53,295 nucleotides of DNA from Scenedesmus sp. PABB004 (Eukaryota): assembly GCA_014905635.1 (NCBI GenBank), contig JABVCE010000053.1:1-53295 (forward strand). The letters are read 5' to 3'. The translations under genes and the position numbers were made by a program. Within the stretch, counting starts at the first letter, position 1, and every line of letters begins with the position of its first letter. The notes under the pieces were generated by a model. That model saw only the letters and a list, made by a program, of their open reading frames with translations. It was not told the origin of the DNA and ran no database searches. Positions 34,108 to 44,482 of the stretch are shown here, piece after piece.

Positions 34108-36508
34108 ATGCTGCTGGGCTGCGCCGGCGGCGGCGCCGGCGGCGGCGGCGTCGCCAACGGCGGCGCGCTGCCGCGCGGCGCGCCGGGGCGCGCGTTTGCG
34201 CTGCCCGTCGACGCGGAGGGCAAGGCGTGCGTGCTGCCGCTCTGCAGCGCCGTGCGGCCGCACATGCGCGCGTTCCACGTCGGCTGGGCTGCGTTCTTCG
34301 CGAGCTTCGCCGCGACGTTTGCGCCCGCGGCGCTGCTGCCGGTGCTGGCCGACGCGCTCGAGCTGACCGCGACGGACGTCGGCAACGCCGGCATTGCGAG
34401 CATGTGCGGCGCGATCGGCGCGCGGCTGGCGATCGGCACGGCGGTCGACGCGTGGGGGCCGCGCGCGGGCGGCGCGATCGCGCTGCTCGGGACGTCGCCG
34501 TTTGCGTTTGGCATGGCCCTCGTGTCCGGGCCGCGCAGTTTCGTGTGCCTGCGCATGCTCGTGGGGCTGAGCCTCTCCATGTTCGTGGTCAACCAGTTCT
34601 GGGCGACCCAGATGTTCAACACGCGCCTGCTCGGCACCGCCAACGCGCTCTCCGCGGGTGCGGCGGCGCGGCGCGGCGGCGCGACGGCGCGGTCCGCGCG
34701 CCCTGGCGCGAGGGCTGGCGTGAGGGCTGGCGCGCGGGCGCGCGCGGCGCCGCCGCCCAGTCGCCGCGCCGCGCGCCCGCCGCGCCGCGCCAGGCTGGGG
34801 CAACATGGGCGCCGGCGCGACGCTGCTGCTGATGCCGCTGCTGTTCGAGGGCTTTGCCCGCGTCGTCGCGCCGGGGCTCGCGTGGCGGCTGGCCTTCCTC
34901 GTGCCCGGCCTGCTCCAGCTGGTCATGGGTGCCATGGTGCTACTCGCAGCGGACGACTGCCCCGCGGGCGCGTGGCCCCGCATGCACCGGTGCGGGCGCC
35001 GCAGCTGAGCTGGCGCCGGCGCCGCCGGGCCGCCGCGGCCGCCGCGCCGCGCGCCGCCGCCAACGCCGCGACCGCCGCGCCCGCCCGCGCGCCGCGCCGC
35101 CGCGACCGCCGCCGCCCGCAGCGCGGCGGGCGCGCCGCGCGCGCGCCGCGCGTGCTGCGCGCCGTGGTGGTCGGCGGCGGCCAACTACCGCACGTACGGC
35201 CTCGCGCTCGCGTACGCGCTGTGCTTTGGCGTCGAGCTGACCACCCACAACGTGGCCACGCTCTACCTCTACCAGCACTTTGGCCTCTCCCTCACCTCCG
35301 CGGGCCTGCTCGGTGCGGCCAGCGCCAGCGGCAGCGGGCGCAAGCAAGCGGCAAGCCGCGCCCTGCGGCGGCCGCGGGCGCGGGCCTGCGCCCACGCGCG
35401 TGCGCCCGCGCCAACGCGCCGCGCCCGCGTGCTGCGCCCGCGTGCGGCAGGCGGGTGCCTGGGCCTCATGAACCTGGGCTCCCGCTTCCTCGGCGGCCGC
35501 GGCAGCGACGCGGCGGCGCGGCTGCACGGCATGCGCGGCCGGCTGTGGGTGCTGCAGGCGCTGCTCATGGTCGAGGGCGGCGCCTGCCTGCTGGTCGGCA
35601 TGAGCCACGAGAGCCTGGCCGCCACGGTGCGACGCACGCGCGCGGCATGCGCGGGCGCCGCCACCCCGAGGGCCGGCCAGGCCGCCCACGCCGCCGCGCC
35701 CCGCCGCCGGACCCCCCCCCCCCCCCCATACACACACACACATACAGCTGGGGATGCTCTTTGTGTTCAGCTTTGCCTGCCAGGTGGCGTGCGGGGCGGT
35801 GTTTGGCATCGTGCCCTTTGTCAGCCGCCGCTCGACGGGCGCCGTCACGGGCATCGTCGCCGCCGGCGGCAGCCTCGGCTCCGCCGTCACCCAGGCGCGC
35901 CGCCGCGGCGACGGCGCCTGGTCGGGCCGCGCGCGCCCGCCGCGCCGCCGCCGCGCTGCGGCCGCGCCGCGGGACACCCGGGCGGCAGCAGCCCCGCGCC
36001 CCGCCCTGAACCCCGGCACGTCCGCCCCTGAACCCTGAACCCTACAACCCCAGGCCCTGTTCTTTGGCTACGCCGATTTCACGCCCTACGAGGGGTTCTA
36101 CTGGATGGGCACCGCCGTCATCTGCCTCGGCGCCGCCGTCGCGCTGCTGCACTGGCCCATGTGCGCCGCGCCGCCGACGCCGCCGCCGCCGCCGACGCCG
36201 CCGCCGCCGCCGCGCTGCGCGGCCCCCGCGCCGCCGCAGCCCGCGGCACGCGCCCGCCGCGTGACGCGTCACGCCGCCGCCGCCGCCGCCCCACCCCGCG
36301 CCGCCGCGCCGGCGCAGGTGGGGCGGGCTGTTCTGCGGGCCCTCGCCCGGCGCGAGCGAGGAGCGGTACTATCTGTCAGAGTACTCCCCCGCCGAGCGCG
36401 TCGCGGGGCTGCACCTCCCCGCGCTCGGCTTTGCGCACGAGGCGCGCAGCGAGCGCCCGCCGCCGGGCTGCTGCGGCCCGCCCTGCGGCGGCGGCCTGCG
36501 CGCGCTGT

Positions 36509-36539
<31 letters not shown>

Positions 36540-36813
36540 CGGCGTGCAGGAGCCGTCGCTCGGCAGCACGCACAGCGCGCGCGGGCTGCTGGGCAGCGCG
36601 CTGCAGCTCGCGTCGCCGGGGGAGCCGCGCCTGCCGCCCGCGGACGGCGGCGCGGCCGCCCGCGGCGGCAGCCCGGATGGCGCGGAGCCGCGCCTGCCCC
36701 CCGCGGACGGCGGTGCGCCTGCGCTGCCGCCGCCGGGCAGCCTGTACGCGTCGACGTACTCCGGCCGGCACCCGTTTGCGCTGCCGCTGCACCAGCCGGG
36801 CCGCGGCGCGTGA
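34108..36813 (+). CDS. NRT2: High-affinity nitrate/nitrite transporter, NRT2 (NNP/MFS) family, 7 exons
   Basis: FALPVDAEGKA...RPHMRAFHVGW, GAIGARL (TM2 Arg), DAWGPR, NQFWATQMF, nitrate signature ANALSA|GWGNMGAG, NYRTY..YALCFGVELT, MNLGSRFLGG (TM8 Arg), GMRGRLW, GAVFGIVPFVSRRSTG, HWPM|WGGLFCGP, YYLSEYSPAE..GLH. Stop 36811-36813. Confidence 0.95.
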
Positions 36814-37166
36814 GCGCGCGCGCCGGCGGCGCGCGGGCTGCATGCATTTTCGCCCGCGGCGCGCGGGCTGCGCGCATTCTGCCCGCGGCGCGCCGCGCGG
36901 CCCGGCACTCCCTCGCGACGGTGATGGTTCGCGCCTGCCCGTGCGCATGAGCCAGCGCGGGCGGCGCAGCACGACACACAGGGAAGAAGAAGAGAGCTGC
37001 GATTTGAGCACTGAACACGGTGTGTGTGTGCCCTCCTGATCAGGCGCTCGCATGGGGCGCCTACGCGCCCCTCTGTCGGTGGTCGGTGTGGTTTTGTGGT
37101 TTCAGCAGTCGCGCCGCGGCCAGCGGCCCGGACCACTGGGCTGATTGTTTACCTTCGCCGGCAGGC

Positions 37167-37171
37167 TGTAA
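37167..37171 (+). terminator. TGTAA polyadenylation signal of NRT2 (putative)
   Basis: Chlorophyte poly(A) motif TGTAA about 350 bp after the NRT2 stop, just before the right inverted-repeat arm. Confidence 0.55.
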
Positions 37172-37294
37172 CGGCCGCCGCGTCGGCCTCGCGCACCTGC
37201 CCTGCCGCCGCGCGGCCTCGCGACCTGAGCCCTGCCGCGGCCGCCCCCCCCCCCCCCCCCGTCCCCCCTCCCCCCCCCCCCCCCCCCCCCCCCG

Positions 37295-37805
37295 CCGCGC
37301 CGCCGGCCGCGCCGCCGTCCGCCGCCCGGCCGCCCGCGCCCCGCCCGCCGCCCGGCGCCGGCTGGTGTTGGGGCCTCCTGCCTGGCTGCCCCAACGCCGA
37401 GCGGCGCGCCCGGCGGGGGCGGCGGAGCCGGGGCGGGCGCGGTCAGCGGGCCCGCCACGGCAGACGACCATCATCGCGACCGCGCCGCCGCGGCAGCCGG
37501 GCGCGCGGCGTGAGCCCAGTCCCGCGTCGGGCTGACTTTTGGGGCCCTGCAAGCATGGCTCCGAGGCCTGGGTTGAGAGTGGCGCCGCTTGACGTGACGC
37601 GCGCGATACCAGGGCCCACGCGCACGGCCCGCCCCGGGACCCGCCCGCCGCCCTGGAAGCCCCACACGCGTCCCCGACCACGACAAACCCCGCGGCACGC
37701 CCCCAGCAGCCGCTGTCGGCCAGAGCACCACCGGCGGGCGGGCGGACTCCCGCGCCGAAGCGCGCCCCGGGCCATCGCAGGACGCCTGTTGCAGTGCGCG
37801 CAGCC
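37295..37805 (-). repeat. Right arm of the ~510-bp inverted repeat
   Basis: Reverse complement of 33065-33574. Preceded by a ~50-bp poly-C tract (37244-37293) and further patchy similarity down to ~37175. Confidence 0.97.
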
Positions 37806-38185
37806 ACCCGGAAGCGCGCGGAGCGCGCCCGGCGCCGCGAGCGAGGCGCGAGCGGCCTCGGCCCGGCGAAGGGGCCACCTCACGATTGCGCGCGCCAGCC
37901 CCGTCGCGCGCGTAATTGTGCGGCCGGCGATGCATCCGGCGTGAGGGCGAGCGCCAGAGGTGCGGGGCGCGGGGTCACGGCGGGGGCAGCAGCTCTGGTG
38001 GCGATGAGGCGCCCGCGGCCGCGCGCCGGGAGGGCCCGCCGCCTCGTGTGCGGTCCTGGGAGGCCCTGGGACGCGCCCTGGGCGCCCGCATCGCGCCCGC
38101 GGCGGTCGGCGGGCGACCGACAAGGCGGTCGCGCCACTCTCCCGCGCTCGCGCCGCAGGGGCTCGCGCCCGCAAGGCGTGCCGCG

Positions 38186-40543
38186 ATGTGGAAGGGCCTG
38201 CGCAGGGCCCTGGCCAAGTCGCGCAAGGGCCCGGCCGCGGAGCAGCGCGCGCCGGACACCTCGCATCGGTCCACGGCCTCCTCGGCGGCGCCCAGCAGCG
38301 TGCTCTTCCCGCTGGACGTCGCGGACGTGGACGCGCTCGCGGGCTGGAATGAGCAGCAGCAGGCGCAGCGCGGCGAGCCCGCGGCGGCGCAGCGGCAGCC
38401 GGCGCAGCACGCAGCGCCGGCGCAGCCGCAGCCGCGCGGCGTGCCGCCGCTCCCCTCGGAGCAGGCCCGCGCGGCGCCGCTGAGCGGCACGGCGCTGCAG
38501 GCGCAGCTGCAGCAGTCGGCGGCGCTGCAGGCGCTCGTGGCGGCGGGCGCGGACGACGCGTCGGCGCCCAAGCGCCAGGCGGCGGCGGTGCAGAAGCGCA
38601 TCGACAGCGCGATGCTCAACCCCGGCACCACGCTCTACCAGATCAGCAGCCTGCTCTCGCTCTCGACGCTGTTCGAGCACAAGGTGCGCGCGCGCGGGGC
38701 AGGCGGGCGCGCGCGCGCGGGGCGGGTGGGCGCGCGCGGCGGGCAGCGCGGCGGGCAGGCCGGCGCGCGGCGGGCAGGCCGCCGACGCGCCGCGCGCCGC
38801 GCCCCGCGCCGCGCCCCGTGCCCGCAGCTCCAGCGCGACGCGATGACGGCGCTGGAGCAGGCGCCGGCGCTGGTCGCGCCGGCGGCCGCGGCCGCGGCCG
38901 ACGCAGCCGCGGCGCTGCCGTGCTGCTGCGAGCCCGGCGGCGCGCCGCCGCTCGGCAGCAGCGCCGGCAGCGGCTTGTGCGGCGGCGGCGGCGCCTGCGG
39001 CAGCTGCGGCGGGTCGCCGGCGCGCACGCCGAGCGCGACCGCGGCCGCGACCGCTGGCGTCGCGCTCGCGCTGGCGAGCTGGGGGTACCGCGTCATTGTG
39101 CGCAAGGTGCTGCACAGCAAGGCGTACTGGACTAAGGCCATGGACAACACCTTCATCGTCGCGCTCGACGCGAGCGGGGGCGGGCACGTAGAGTACGTGG
39201 TCGACCCGCACTTCCGGGAGACGTTCAACGTCGGCGTCGTGTCGCCGAGCTACGCGGCGGTCCTGGCCAGCCTCCCGGCCGTGTTTGTGGGCATGCCGTG
39301 CCAGCTGCAGCCGGTCGTGCAGCTGCTGTGCGAGGAGGTGGAGCTGAGCTTCCTCGAGGCGGGGCGCCCCTGCCCGCCCTGGCGCGAGTGGGGCGCGACC
39401 ATCAACCGGTGGATGAGCGACCAGTACGTCGACATCCTCGTCCCGCCCCCGGGCGCGCCGGCGGAGGAGGTGGCCGACTTTGTCGCGGCGTGCGCCGCGT
39501 ACGGCGGCGCGGCCGGCGGCCCCGGCAGCGCGCGCAGCAGCGGCAGCGCCAGCAGCGGCGGCGGCAGCCCCGGCTCGCGCCTCGCGAGCGGGCGGCCGAG
39601 CGAGCGCATGCACGTGAGCAGCGTGCTGAGCGCGGCGAGCACGTGCAGCCGGCGCGCGGTGCCGGAGCCGCTGCACAAGCAGCTCGGCTTTGCCGCGCAC
39701 GAGCAGCGCGGCGAGGAGGGCGCGTCGCCCGCGCCCCCGGAGCTGCGCAACGCGAGCTTCACGTCGCCCAGCAGCTCCGGCGCGTCGGCCGGGGCCAGCA
39801 GCGCGGCCGCCGCGGCGGCGGCGCTCGGCGGCGGGGCGCGCGCGCTCGGCTGCTCGCTGAGCGTGCCGGGCGCGGACCTGCTCAGCAGCAGCGCCGGCAG
39901 CAGCGCCGCGGGCGACGACGGGCTGGTGCGGACGCTGGAGCCCACCGCGCTGCAGCGGCACGAGGCGGCCATGCTGGCAGCGCAGCGGCAGGCAGCGCCG
40001 CAGATGGCGGCGCGGCAGCAGGCGCCGCCGGCGGCGTCGCGCTCGGGCTCCAGCAGCAGCGCCGTCAGCAGCAGCAGCAGCGGCGGTGGCGAGGGCCGCG
40101 TCGCGCCCCGCAGCCGGTCGCTGCTGACGGCGCACATGCAGCTGAAGGCCCAGCTGCAGGCGGCGCAGGCGCCAGCGCTGCAGCAGCAGCAGCAGCAGCC
40201 GCAGCACGTGCTCGCGTCGCAGCTGCTGCAGCAGCAGCACCTCGCGCAGCTGCAGCTGCAGCACCAGGCCACACTGCAGCAGCTGCTGCAGCAGCAGCAG
40301 CTCCGGCAGCAGCACGCGGCGCAGCAGCCGCTCCTGGCGCCGCTGCTGCCGGTGGTGCACACGGTGCGGCCGTGCGGCGCGCCAGTGGCCCTGCCGCAGC
40401 AGCAGCCGCAGCAGCCGCAGCAGCCGCAGCCGCAGCAGCAGCAGACCGGCTGGGGCGGTGGCGCGGCGCTGGCCGCAATGCAGGGCCCGCCTGGCCAGGA
40501 GCAGCAGCCGCGCCTGCTGCGGCTCATCCCCCGGCACCAGTGA
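38186..40543 (+). CDS. DUF506 (PD-(D/E)XK-like, plant/algal) protein with poly-Q C-terminus
   Basis: YVVDPHFRETFNV...YAAVLASLPAVFVG..QLQPVVQLLCEEVELSFLEAGRPCPPWR...RW matches the DUF506 core (LPxxFVG, PPWR). Probable in-frame 144-bp GT-AG intron 38684-38827. Stop 40541-40543. Confidence 0.85.
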   Translation: MWKGLRRALAKSRKGPAAEQRAPDTSHRSTASSAAPSSVLFPLDVADVDALAGWNEQQQAQRGEPAAAQRQPAQHAAPAQPQPRGVPPLPSEQARAAPLSGTALQAQLQQSAALQALVAAGADDASAPKRQAAAVQKRIDSAMLNPGTTLYQISSLLSLSTLFEHKVRARGAGGRARAGRVGARGGQRGGQAGARRAGRRRAARRAPRRAPCPQLQRDAMTALEQAPALVAPAAAAAADAAAALPCCCEPGGAPPLGSSAGSGLCGGGGACGSCGGSPARTPSATAAATAGVALALASWGYRVIVRKVLHSKAYWTKAMDNTFIVALDASGGGHVEYVVDPHFRETFNVGVVSPSYAAVLASLPAVFVGMPCQLQPVVQLLCEEVELSFLEAGRPCPPWREWGATINRWMSDQYVDILVPPPGAPAEEVADFVAACAAYGGAAGGPGSARSSGSASSGGGSPGSRLASGRPSERMHVSSVLSAASTCSRRAVPEPLHKQLGFAAHEQRGEEGASPAPPELRNASFTSPSSSGASAGASSAAAAAAALGGGARALGCSLSVPGADLLSSSAGSSAAGDDGLVRTLEPTALQRHEAAMLAAQRQAAPQMAARQQAPPAASRSGSSSSAVSSSSSGGGEGRVAPRSRSLLTAHMQLKAQLQAAQAPALQQQQQQPQHVLASQLLQQQHLAQLQLQHQATLQQLLQQQQLRQQHAAQQPLLAPLLPVVHTVRPCGAPVALPQQQPQQPQQPQPQQQQTGWGGGAALAAMQGPPGQEQQPRLLRLIPRHQ

Positions 40544-41210
40544 GCAGCACTGGGCCGCGCGCGGCGGGCTGCCGCGTGGCAGAGGGCCCTCAGCCCTGCA
40601 CGGGGCTGGCGTGTACGACGGGGGGAAGGGCGCACAGTGGCTTTATCGTTGCTGGCGGCGAGGGGACTGCGGGACAGGGCCCCGGCTGGGTTCCCAGGCC
40701 CGCCGCGAATCAAGGGCCGCGCCGCCCGCGCCTGCGCCTGCGAAGTAACCCCACCCAGGGGTGTGCATTGCTGGCCACGCCGGCGTGCACGCGCGCTGGC
40801 GCGCGGCGCGGCGGGCGGTTGTGTGCGTGGGCGAGCCCGGGGGTTGTGTGTGTGTGTGTGTGCGGCAGCAACAGCGGGCGCGCCGGACGGTCCGCCGACC
40901 GGCGGCGCATGCCTTTGCCTACATAAGGAGGGAGCGCGGCGCACGCCGCGCTCCCTTCTAACCAACAACATCAACAACGCCGCCGCCAGGGGAGGGGGCG
41001 CGGCCGGTCAGGGCGTCCCTCGCCGCTGCGCCTGGCGAGCGGCGAGGTCGGTGCGGGGGGCAGGGTCGGGTCGGGCGTGGAAGGGGGCGGGCGGGGGGTG
41101 GGGCTGTGATCGGTCTGGCCAATCTGTCGCTGGCGTGGCGCGCCCCCCCCCCCCCCCCCCCCCCCCCGCGGCGCGTTTTTGCCGCACCTTTGAGCGGCCG
41201 CCGCGGTTGC

Positions 41211-41240
41211 ATCCGTATACGGATACGATACGTATCCGTA
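41211..41240. repeat. Overlapping palindromes in an AT-richer intergenic island
   Basis: atccgtatacggat (41211-41224) is a perfect 14-bp palindrome. tacggatacg-ata-cgtatccgta (41218-41240) is a 10-bp stem with a 3-nt loop. Confidence 0.9.
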
Positions 41241-42644
41241 GGTTGATACCGACTTCAGCCTCACTGGCCAAGATTGAGGCGGCGGCGCCCGGGCCGCCCG
41301 ACGGCCCGAGCCGAGCCCCGCGCGCGCGCGCCCGCGCGCGCGCGCGCCCAGGCGGCGGCGCCGCGCCGTTGATGTGTCACTGCGCTGCAGCTTTTGTAGC
41401 TGCGCACGTGCGGCGCACCAACTTCTGGGGGGTGGAAGCGAGCGAGCGACCATTGGGCGGCGGCGGACCGACGGTCCGCCGGCCGCGCGAGGACCGCACA
41501 GTGCATGCATCGCATCGTGCCGGGGGCAGGACTTGATTCACACGAGCACACGAGCACCCCTGCTGCTGCTGGGGCGAACCGCGGGCGCGGCGGGAGGCGC
41601 GCGACGCGTCGTGCCCCCGCCGCGCCCGCGCGCGGGCCGGGCCCTCTTGCCTCTCTGCCTCTTGCCTCTCTCTGAATGCCGGCCGCTGCCAAACCGCAGC
41701 GACGGCGACGCACTGCTGGCGTGACATGACTGCGCTGACGCCGCGCGCCGCGTGGCGCCCGCTGAGCCGGGACGCGAGGGAGGGAGGGAGGGGGTCTCTC
41801 TGGGGTCGCGTGTTGTGGCGGCGTGCTTGTCTGCACCGCCCGAGCGGTGCCAAGCAAGCGGTGCCAAGCTCGGCCGCTTGCTTGCTGTGTTTGGCTCCAG
41901 GCCTGCCGCTGTCGCTCGGCGGCTGCGGCCGGCGTGTTGGGCGGCGGCGGCGGTTGTTAGCGCCGTCGTCGTCGGCGTGCGCCCCCTGCCTGCGCCGCGC
42001 GCGGTGGTGTGTTGTGCGCCGTCGTCGTCGGGCGTCGCGGGACGTGTGTTCGTGTAGATCCGTTGCTTGCTGCTGCTGGCCTGTCGGTGGTGCGCTGAGC
42101 CGCCACGATCACTGCCCAAGAGCGAGCGCCCCTGGACGGGCGCTATCTGACTCCCCTGCCCAACGGGGCGTTGTAATGGTGAGTGTGCGTGACCCACCCT
42201 CAGCTCAGCAAGCAAGCCACGGCCGCAGCACGCGTCAGCGAGCGGCGCTCGACGCCTCCGTGCAGCGCCGCCGAGCCCAGTGCCAGCCCCCCGGCGCGAC
42301 GCGGCGGCCGCGACGGCTTGCCCCGAGCTGCAGGCGCGGCCAGCGGGCACGGCGCGGGCTCGGCGAGCGCGATCAGCGGGCTGGCGATCGCGCCTAGGTC
42401 GTCGCGTGCCCCTGGCGCGACCGCGGTGCAGCAAGCTCCCGCAGGCGCTGGGCCGGCGTGGCCAGCGGCGGCGCGATGAGGGGAGCCGCAGAGGGGGCGC
42501 GCGGCCAAGGCGCGCGGCCGGGGTGCAGCGCGCTACGCCGCGGGTCGACGTGCCTTCGGCGTGGCGCCGCTCGCGTGGCGACAGCCACTCGCGTGATCAC
42601 GTTACGCCAGCAGCACGCGCGCACGCACGCGCACGCAGCACACC

Positions 42645-44482
42645 ATGGGCGCGGCGTTCAGCCTGGTGCGGGGGAGGCCCGTCCGCGGCCACGCGGCGGC
42701 GCGGCGGGCCGGCCGGCCCGACGCGACGCCGTGGGTGCCGGCGCGCGGCCGGCGCGCCGCTCTGCGCGGGCGGGCAAACTGCTGGGCGCGCCCCGCCTCA
42801 CCGCGCCGTCGCGCCGCGCCGCGCGCAGCTGGGTGCGGTGGCCCTGCCCCTGGGCAGCGGCTTCGCGGTGGGCCTGGCCACGCAGCACGACATCAAGGGC
42901 TGGTGCGCGCATGCGCAGCGCAGCCCGGCCCTCGCACGGCGCGCCCGCGCGCCGGGCGGGCGCCGCTTGCCGCCAGATCGCTGCTGCGTCCCCGATCGCA
43001 GGTATGGCGGCCTCAAGAAGCCCAGCTGGAACCCGCCCGTGAGCGGCGGCGCACCGGCGCAGCAGCAGCGCCGCTGCAGCGCGCGGCCCGCGCGCATGCA
43101 CACCGCGGCGCCGCGCCCGGGCCGCTGCGCGCCCGCGGCGCAGCCCGGCGTGGCCGTGACGCAGCGACGCGCGCCCCGACCGCCGCCCGGAGGGCCGCGA
43201 GCTCAGCCGCCCGCGCCGCCGCCGCCCCGCCGCCGCCGCCGCGCGCGCCGCCGCCCCCTCGGACCCTCGCCGCAGAACTGGATCTTCGCGCCCGCCTGGT
43301 CCGTCTTCTACACCAGCATGGGCCTGGCCAGCTGGTTCGTGATCCGGCAAAGTGAGCGCGCCGCGCCGCCCGCGCCGCTGCACCCGCCCGCGCACGCCTT
43401 CCCGCGCCGCCCGCGCCCGCGCGCGCCCGCGCGCCCGCGCGCCGCGCCGCCCCCGCCCACGGCCGCGCCGCCGCCCGCTTTCCCGCGCGCAGAGGACGGT
43501 CGGCGGGTGCCGCTCGCACTGTACGCTGCGCAGCTCGCGCTCAACCTGGCCTGGACGCCGCTGTTCTTCAAGCAGCACGCGCTCGACCTCGCGCTCGCCG
43601 ACAGCGTGGGTGCGTGGCGCGCACGCCTCGGCGCACGCGCGTGCACAGCAGCGCAGCGCAGCGCGCGACCAGCGCAGCGCGTGCGCGCTGGGCGCGGGCT
43701 GAGCCCGGGGGCGCCGGCGCGCGCGCGCCGAACGCCGCCGCGCGCCGCGTGCGCCGCGCGCGCGCAGCGCTGCTGGGCGTCGCGGCGGCGGCGTCGGCCA
43801 AGATGGCCAAGGAGCGCCCGGGCGTGGTGTGGCCGCTGATGGGGCCCTACCTCTGCTGGGTCACCTTTGCGACGGCGCTCAACGCCGAGATCCTGCGCCT
43901 CAACCCCAGCGTGAGGGGGGTTTAGGGAGGGGGTTTTGGGGGGTGCTGCCGGGGGGAGAGGGCGGGGGAAGGGGCTGGCGCTGGGGGCCCGGCGCGGGGG
44001 CCGACGCACGCCGCGCCGCCGCCCCCGGACGTCACGCAGGAGACTGCGATCGACTACAGCAAGCTGCAGAAGAGCGCCAAGGACACCGCCGACAAGGCCG
44101 CCGCGCGGGCCAAGGAGGACACCGCCAAGGTCAAGGCCGCCGCCAAGGACGCGGCCGACAAGACCGCCGCCGCGGCCAAGGACGCGGCAGACCGCGCGGC
44201 GGCCAAGGCCAAGGAGGCCGGTGCGTGCCGCGCCCGGCGCGCGGGAGGGGCGGGGCTTGCGCGTGTGTCCGCACGCCCGGCGCCGCCCGCGCGCCGACGC
44301 CTGCCGCGCCCGCCCCACCGCCGGCCGCAGGCGACGCCGCGGCGGCCAAGGCCAAGGAGGCGGCCGCCGCGGTCGCGGACGCGGCGGCGGAGGTGGCCGA
44401 GAAGGCCAAGCACGACGCCGCCGAGCTGGCGGCGGTGGTCAAGGACGGCGTGGCCGGCAGCGCGCCCGCGCCCGCGCAGTGA
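42645..44482 (+). CDS. TSPO: TspO/MBR translocator protein with C-terminal LEA-like 11-mer repeat extension, 8 exons
   Basis: Spliced MGAAFSL|LGAVALPLGSGFAVG...W|YGGLKKPSWNPP|NWIFAPAWSVFYTSMGLASW...LALYAAQLALNLAWTPLFF...LMGPYLCWVTFATALNAEILRLNPS (TSPO signatures). Two further exons 44040-44220 and 44331-44482 encode A/K/D/E repeats. Confidence 0.93.

Noticed and set aside
37244..37293. Long poly-C/G tracts (also 41143-41167, 48299-48325, 50923-50944) as functional elements
   Set aside because: Common in introns and spacers of GC-rich algal genomes, and their lengths are unreliable in assemblies.
33065..37805. Autonomous transposon or LTR retroelement
   Set aside because: Repeats are inverted rather than direct; no transposase, RT or integrase coding sequence; no convincing target-site duplication. 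Kept only as a hypothesis for a non-autonomous element.
40544..42644. Additional protein-coding gene or tRNA/rRNA in the DUF506-TSPO spacer
   Set aside because: No coherent exon chain, codon pattern or recognisable RNA gene could be supported by eye.
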